Part shown: one piece after another, positions 61,400 through 64,000 of the stretch | Layout: every line of letters begins with the position of its first letter | Position numbering within the stretch: position 1 is the first letter of the stretch | Assembly (NCBI GenBank): GCA_035063585.1 | Contig: JAPSGB010000008.1 | Location: forward strand, 224,001-288,000 | Length of the DNA: 64,000 bases | Origin: Polyangiaceae bacterium | Lineage (GTDB): Bacteria > Myxococcota_A > Polyangia > Polyangiales > Polyangiaceae | Direction of reading: 5' to 3' | Made by a program: the position numbers and the translations under genes | Notes under the pieces: generated by a model | What the model was told of the DNA's origin: nothing | Database searches by the model: none | What the model saw: the letters and a program-made list of their open reading frames with translations, nothing else

Positions 61400-62820
61400 C
61401 CCACGCGGGCGAGGCCATCCGCTCCACCGACGAGATCGCCTTCGGGGCCGTGCGGCTCGAGGAGCTCGTCGATCGCGCGGCGCTCACCGAGATGCTCGAG
61501 AGCTTCCACGCGCTCTTCGAGGTGCCGATCCGCGTCTTCTCCGCCGAAGGGAAGCTGCTCGCCGAGGTGGCCCCTCCGCTCGAGATGTACACGTACCTCG
61601 GGCACTTCCGCCCCGCGCGCGAGGCCGTGCAGCAGGTCGTGCAGGCGGTGAAGCACCGGAGCCTCGAGGCGGGCGGCGAGGCGGCCGAGCGGTGCGTCAC
61701 CGGCGCGCGCTACCGCGTCCTTTCCATCACCTACGACAGCCGTGAGCTCGGGCGCGCGATCCTCGGACCATTCGTGCCGGCGGAGCTCGCGCAGCCGCCC
61801 GAGGCGCTCGCCGCCCTCGATCCCGGCCTCGATCCGGTCGAGCTCGCGCGGCTCTTCGCCGCGATGCCGCACGCACGGGACGAGCGGATCGCCGCCGCGG
61901 CGCGGCACCTGCTCCGCACGCTCGATCTCATCCTGTTCAGCGGCCACAAGGCGCTCCTCACCAGCAACATGCACCTCGCCAGCGTTCGCGAGAGCTATCG
62001 GGAGCTCGAAGACAAGAACGCGAAGTTGCAGGAGGCCTTCGATCGCCTGAAGGAGCTCGACCGTCTGAAGAGCAATTTCCTCGCGACGGTCTCGCACGAG
62101 CTCCGCACCCCGCTCACCTCCATCATCGGGTACAGCGAGATGCTCTACGAGGGCATAGCGGGCGAGATGCCGAACGAGCAGCGGGAGTTCGTCGGAACCA
62201 TCCGCGAGAAGGGTGAGCAGCTCCTCGAGCTCATCAAGGGGCTACTCGACCTGTCGAAGCTCGAGAGCGGCACCATGAGCCTCACCAAGGCGAACCTCGA
62301 CGTCGGCCCCATCGTCGCCGACGTCGCGCAGACGCTCACGCCGACCGCGCGGAAGAAGGGGGTGTCGCTCGCGGTGTCCGTCGACGAGGCGCTGCCCCGG
62401 CTCTGGGCCGACGCGGCGCGCCTCCGACAGGTGCTCCTCAACCTGACCGAGAACGCCATCAAGTTCACCCCGGCGGGCGGCGTGGTCACGCTCTCGGCGC
62501 GCGTCACCCTGATGAGCGCCGCGCGGGGAGACGACGACGGCGGCGGCATGGTCCTCTTGCAGAGCCGCCGCCCGGCGATCGAGCTCCGGGTCGCCGACAC
62601 CGGGATCGGCATCCCTCCCGAGGAGCGCGGCCGCGTCTTCGACGCCTTCTACCAGGTCGACTCGAGCTCGACGCGCGAGGCGGGCGGCACCGGGCTCGGG
62701 CTCTCCATCGTGAAGCGCCTGGTCGAAGGCCACGACGGCACCGTCAGCATCACCGACAACCAGCCGAGGGGCGCGGTCTTCGTGGTGAGCATCCCCTGCC
62801 GCCGCGCGACGATTTCTTGA
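61396..62820 (+). CDS. Soluble sensor histidine kinase with PocR-like N-terminal domain
   Basis: FLATVSHELRTPL, NLTENAIKFT, DTGIGI, FYQVD, GGTGLGL; no TM. Confidence 0.9.
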   Translation: MTHAGEAIRSTDEIAFGAVRLEELVDRAALTEMLESFHALFEVPIRVFSAEGKLLAEVAPPLEMYTYLGHFRPAREAVQQVVQAVKHRSLEAGGEAAERCVTGARYRVLSITYDSRELGRAILGPFVPAELAQPPEALAALDPGLDPVELARLFAAMPHARDERIAAAARHLLRTLDLILFSGHKALLTSNMHLASVRESYRELEDKNAKLQEAFDRLKELDRLKSNFLATVSHELRTPLTSIIGYSEMLYEGIAGEMPNEQREFVGTIREKGEQLLELIKGLLDLSKLESGTMSLTKANLDVGPIVADVAQTLTPTARKKGVSLAVSVDEALPRLWADAARLRQVLLNLTENAIKFTPAGGVVTLSARVTLMSAARGDDDGGGMVLLQSRRPAIELRVADTGIGIPPEERGRVFDAFYQVDSSSTREAGGTGLGLSIVKRLVEGHDGTVSITDNQPRGAVFVVSIPCRRATIS

Positions 62821-63809
62821 TGTCGGCGCGGCGCGAGGCCGGGGCGGCGCGACCCTTCCGCGAGGCGCAGGCGCTCGCCGCGCTCCAGGCGGTGCTCGGC
62901 CGCGCGCGCAGCTCGTGGATCGAGCTCGGCATCGGCGACGACGCGGCGATCCTCGCGCCGCGCGGGCGCCGCTTGGTGTGGACGATCGACGCCGCGGTCG
63001 AGGGAGTGCACTTCGAGCGGCGCTGGCTCACCCTCGCGGACGTCGGCTTCCGCTCGTTCAACGCCGCGGCGAGCGATCTCGCGGCGATGGGCGCTCGCCC
63101 GCTCGGGGCGCTCTCCGCGCTCGCGTTGCCCCCTGCCGCCTCGCTCCGCGACGTCGCGGCCATCGGGCGCGGGCAGGCCGAGGCCGCCCGCTCGCTCGGT
63201 TGCCCGGTCGTCGGAGGGAACCTCTCGCGCGCGAGCGAGCTCTCGGTGACGACCACCGTGCTCGGCGAGGCGACCGCGCCGCTCCGCCGCGCCGGCGCGC
63301 GCCCGGGCGACGAGCTCTGGCTGGTCGGCGAGGTGGGGCTCGCGCGCGCCGGGTTCGAGCTCCTGCGCGCGGGGCATCCGGCGCGCACGCGCGCGGCGCG
63401 CGCGTGCGTCGCGGCGTGGCGGCGGCCGCACGCGCTCCTCCGGCGCGGCGTCGCGCTCGCCGGACGGGCGCGCGCGTGCATCGACGTCTCGGACGGCCTC
63501 GCCGGCGACGCCGCCCAGCTCGCGCAGGCGAGCGGGGTCCGCGTCATCATCGACGCCGGCGCGCTCCGCGCGGCGCTCTCGCCGGAGCTTGCCGCCGTCG
63601 CCGCCGCGCTCGGCGTCGAGCCGCTCGAGCTCGCGCTCGAGGGCGGAGAGGACTACGCGCTCCTCGCCGCGGGAGCGCGCCTGCGCCGGCCGAGCTTCGC
63701 GCGCGTGATTGGGCGAGTCACGCGCGGCCGCGGCGCGACGCTCGACGCCGGGCGAGGCGGCGCGCCGCGCTCGCTCGCCCGAGGCTTCGACCACTTCGCG
63801 TCAGGGTGA
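62820..63809 (+). CDS. thiL: Thiamine-monophosphate kinase
   Basis: GIGDDAA, VEGVHF, SDLAAMGA, VVGGN, IDVSDGL, GGEDY. Confidence 0.93.
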   Translation: MSARREAGAARPFREAQALAALQAVLGRARSSWIELGIGDDAAILAPRGRRLVWTIDAAVEGVHFERRWLTLADVGFRSFNAAASDLAAMGARPLGALSALALPPAASLRDVAAIGRGQAEAARSLGCPVVGGNLSRASELSVTTTVLGEATAPLRRAGARPGDELWLVGEVGLARAGFELLRAGHPARTRAARACVAAWRRPHALLRRGVALAGRARACIDVSDGLAGDAAQLAQASGVRVIIDAGALRAALSPELAAVAAALGVEPLELALEGGEDYALLAAGARLRRPSFARVIGRVTRGRGATLDAGRGGAPRSLARGFDHFASG

Positions 63810-63835
63810 CGCGCCGATTCCGCGCCGCGCCGACC

Positions 63836-64000
63836 TCACCTGCAGGCGGCCGGCATGCCGGCGCCCTTCAGCGCTCCGGCCACCATCGCGACGACGCTGC
63901 TCTTGTCCTTTCCGGCGGCCACGGCCGCGCTGCAGACCCCGGCGGCTTGCAGCATGTAGCCCTTGGTGACCGGGTCGGGGGCGCTCGCCGCGTTCTGGCT
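63836..64000 (-). CDS. Hypothetical Cys-containing protein, C-terminal part (5' partial)
   Basis: Open frame ...SQNAASAPDPVTKGYMLQAAGVC...MPAACR* with G/C-ending codons. Confidence 0.6.
   Translation of the reverse strand, partial: SQNAASAPDPVTKGYMLQAAGVCSAAVAAGKDKSSVVAMVAGALKGAGMPAACR

Overview
GC-rich bacterial chromosomal DNA, most likely from a myxobacterium (Polyangiaceae/Sorangiineae-like). The evidence is AglRQS-type motors, an MglA-family GTPase, a MYXO-CTERM protein, Gly-rich lipoproteins and a GYF_2 protein. Left to right: the end of an mreD-mrdA-rodA operon; a SWIM-SNF2 helicase; a full-length but catalytically degenerate membrane pyrophosphatase homolog; two divergent ExbB-ExbD-ExbD (AglRQS-like) motor triads; a fused 5-oxoprolinase; the signature genes of the ethylmalonyl-CoA pathway (mch, mcd, mcl2, mcl, ccr, ecm, meaB, with etfAB nearby), interleaved with a ClC channel, clpSA, a SpoIID-type MYXO-CTERM protein and a Ser/Thr kinase; surface lipoproteins with a TMTC-like GT-C glycosyltransferase; tRNA-Pro(CGG); nadB with a CPBP protease and a tandem Tudor/chromo-barrel lipoprotein; typA, hflX and thrB; an M48 peptidase-dynamin pair; argH; an MglA-like GTPase coupled to a histidine kinase; and thiL. 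Two small ORFs not in the ORF track were found, one behind a consensus sigma54 promoter. Many genes appear leaderless. No CRISPR array, integrase or IS element was seen. All family calls come from motif recognition by eye, not from database searches.
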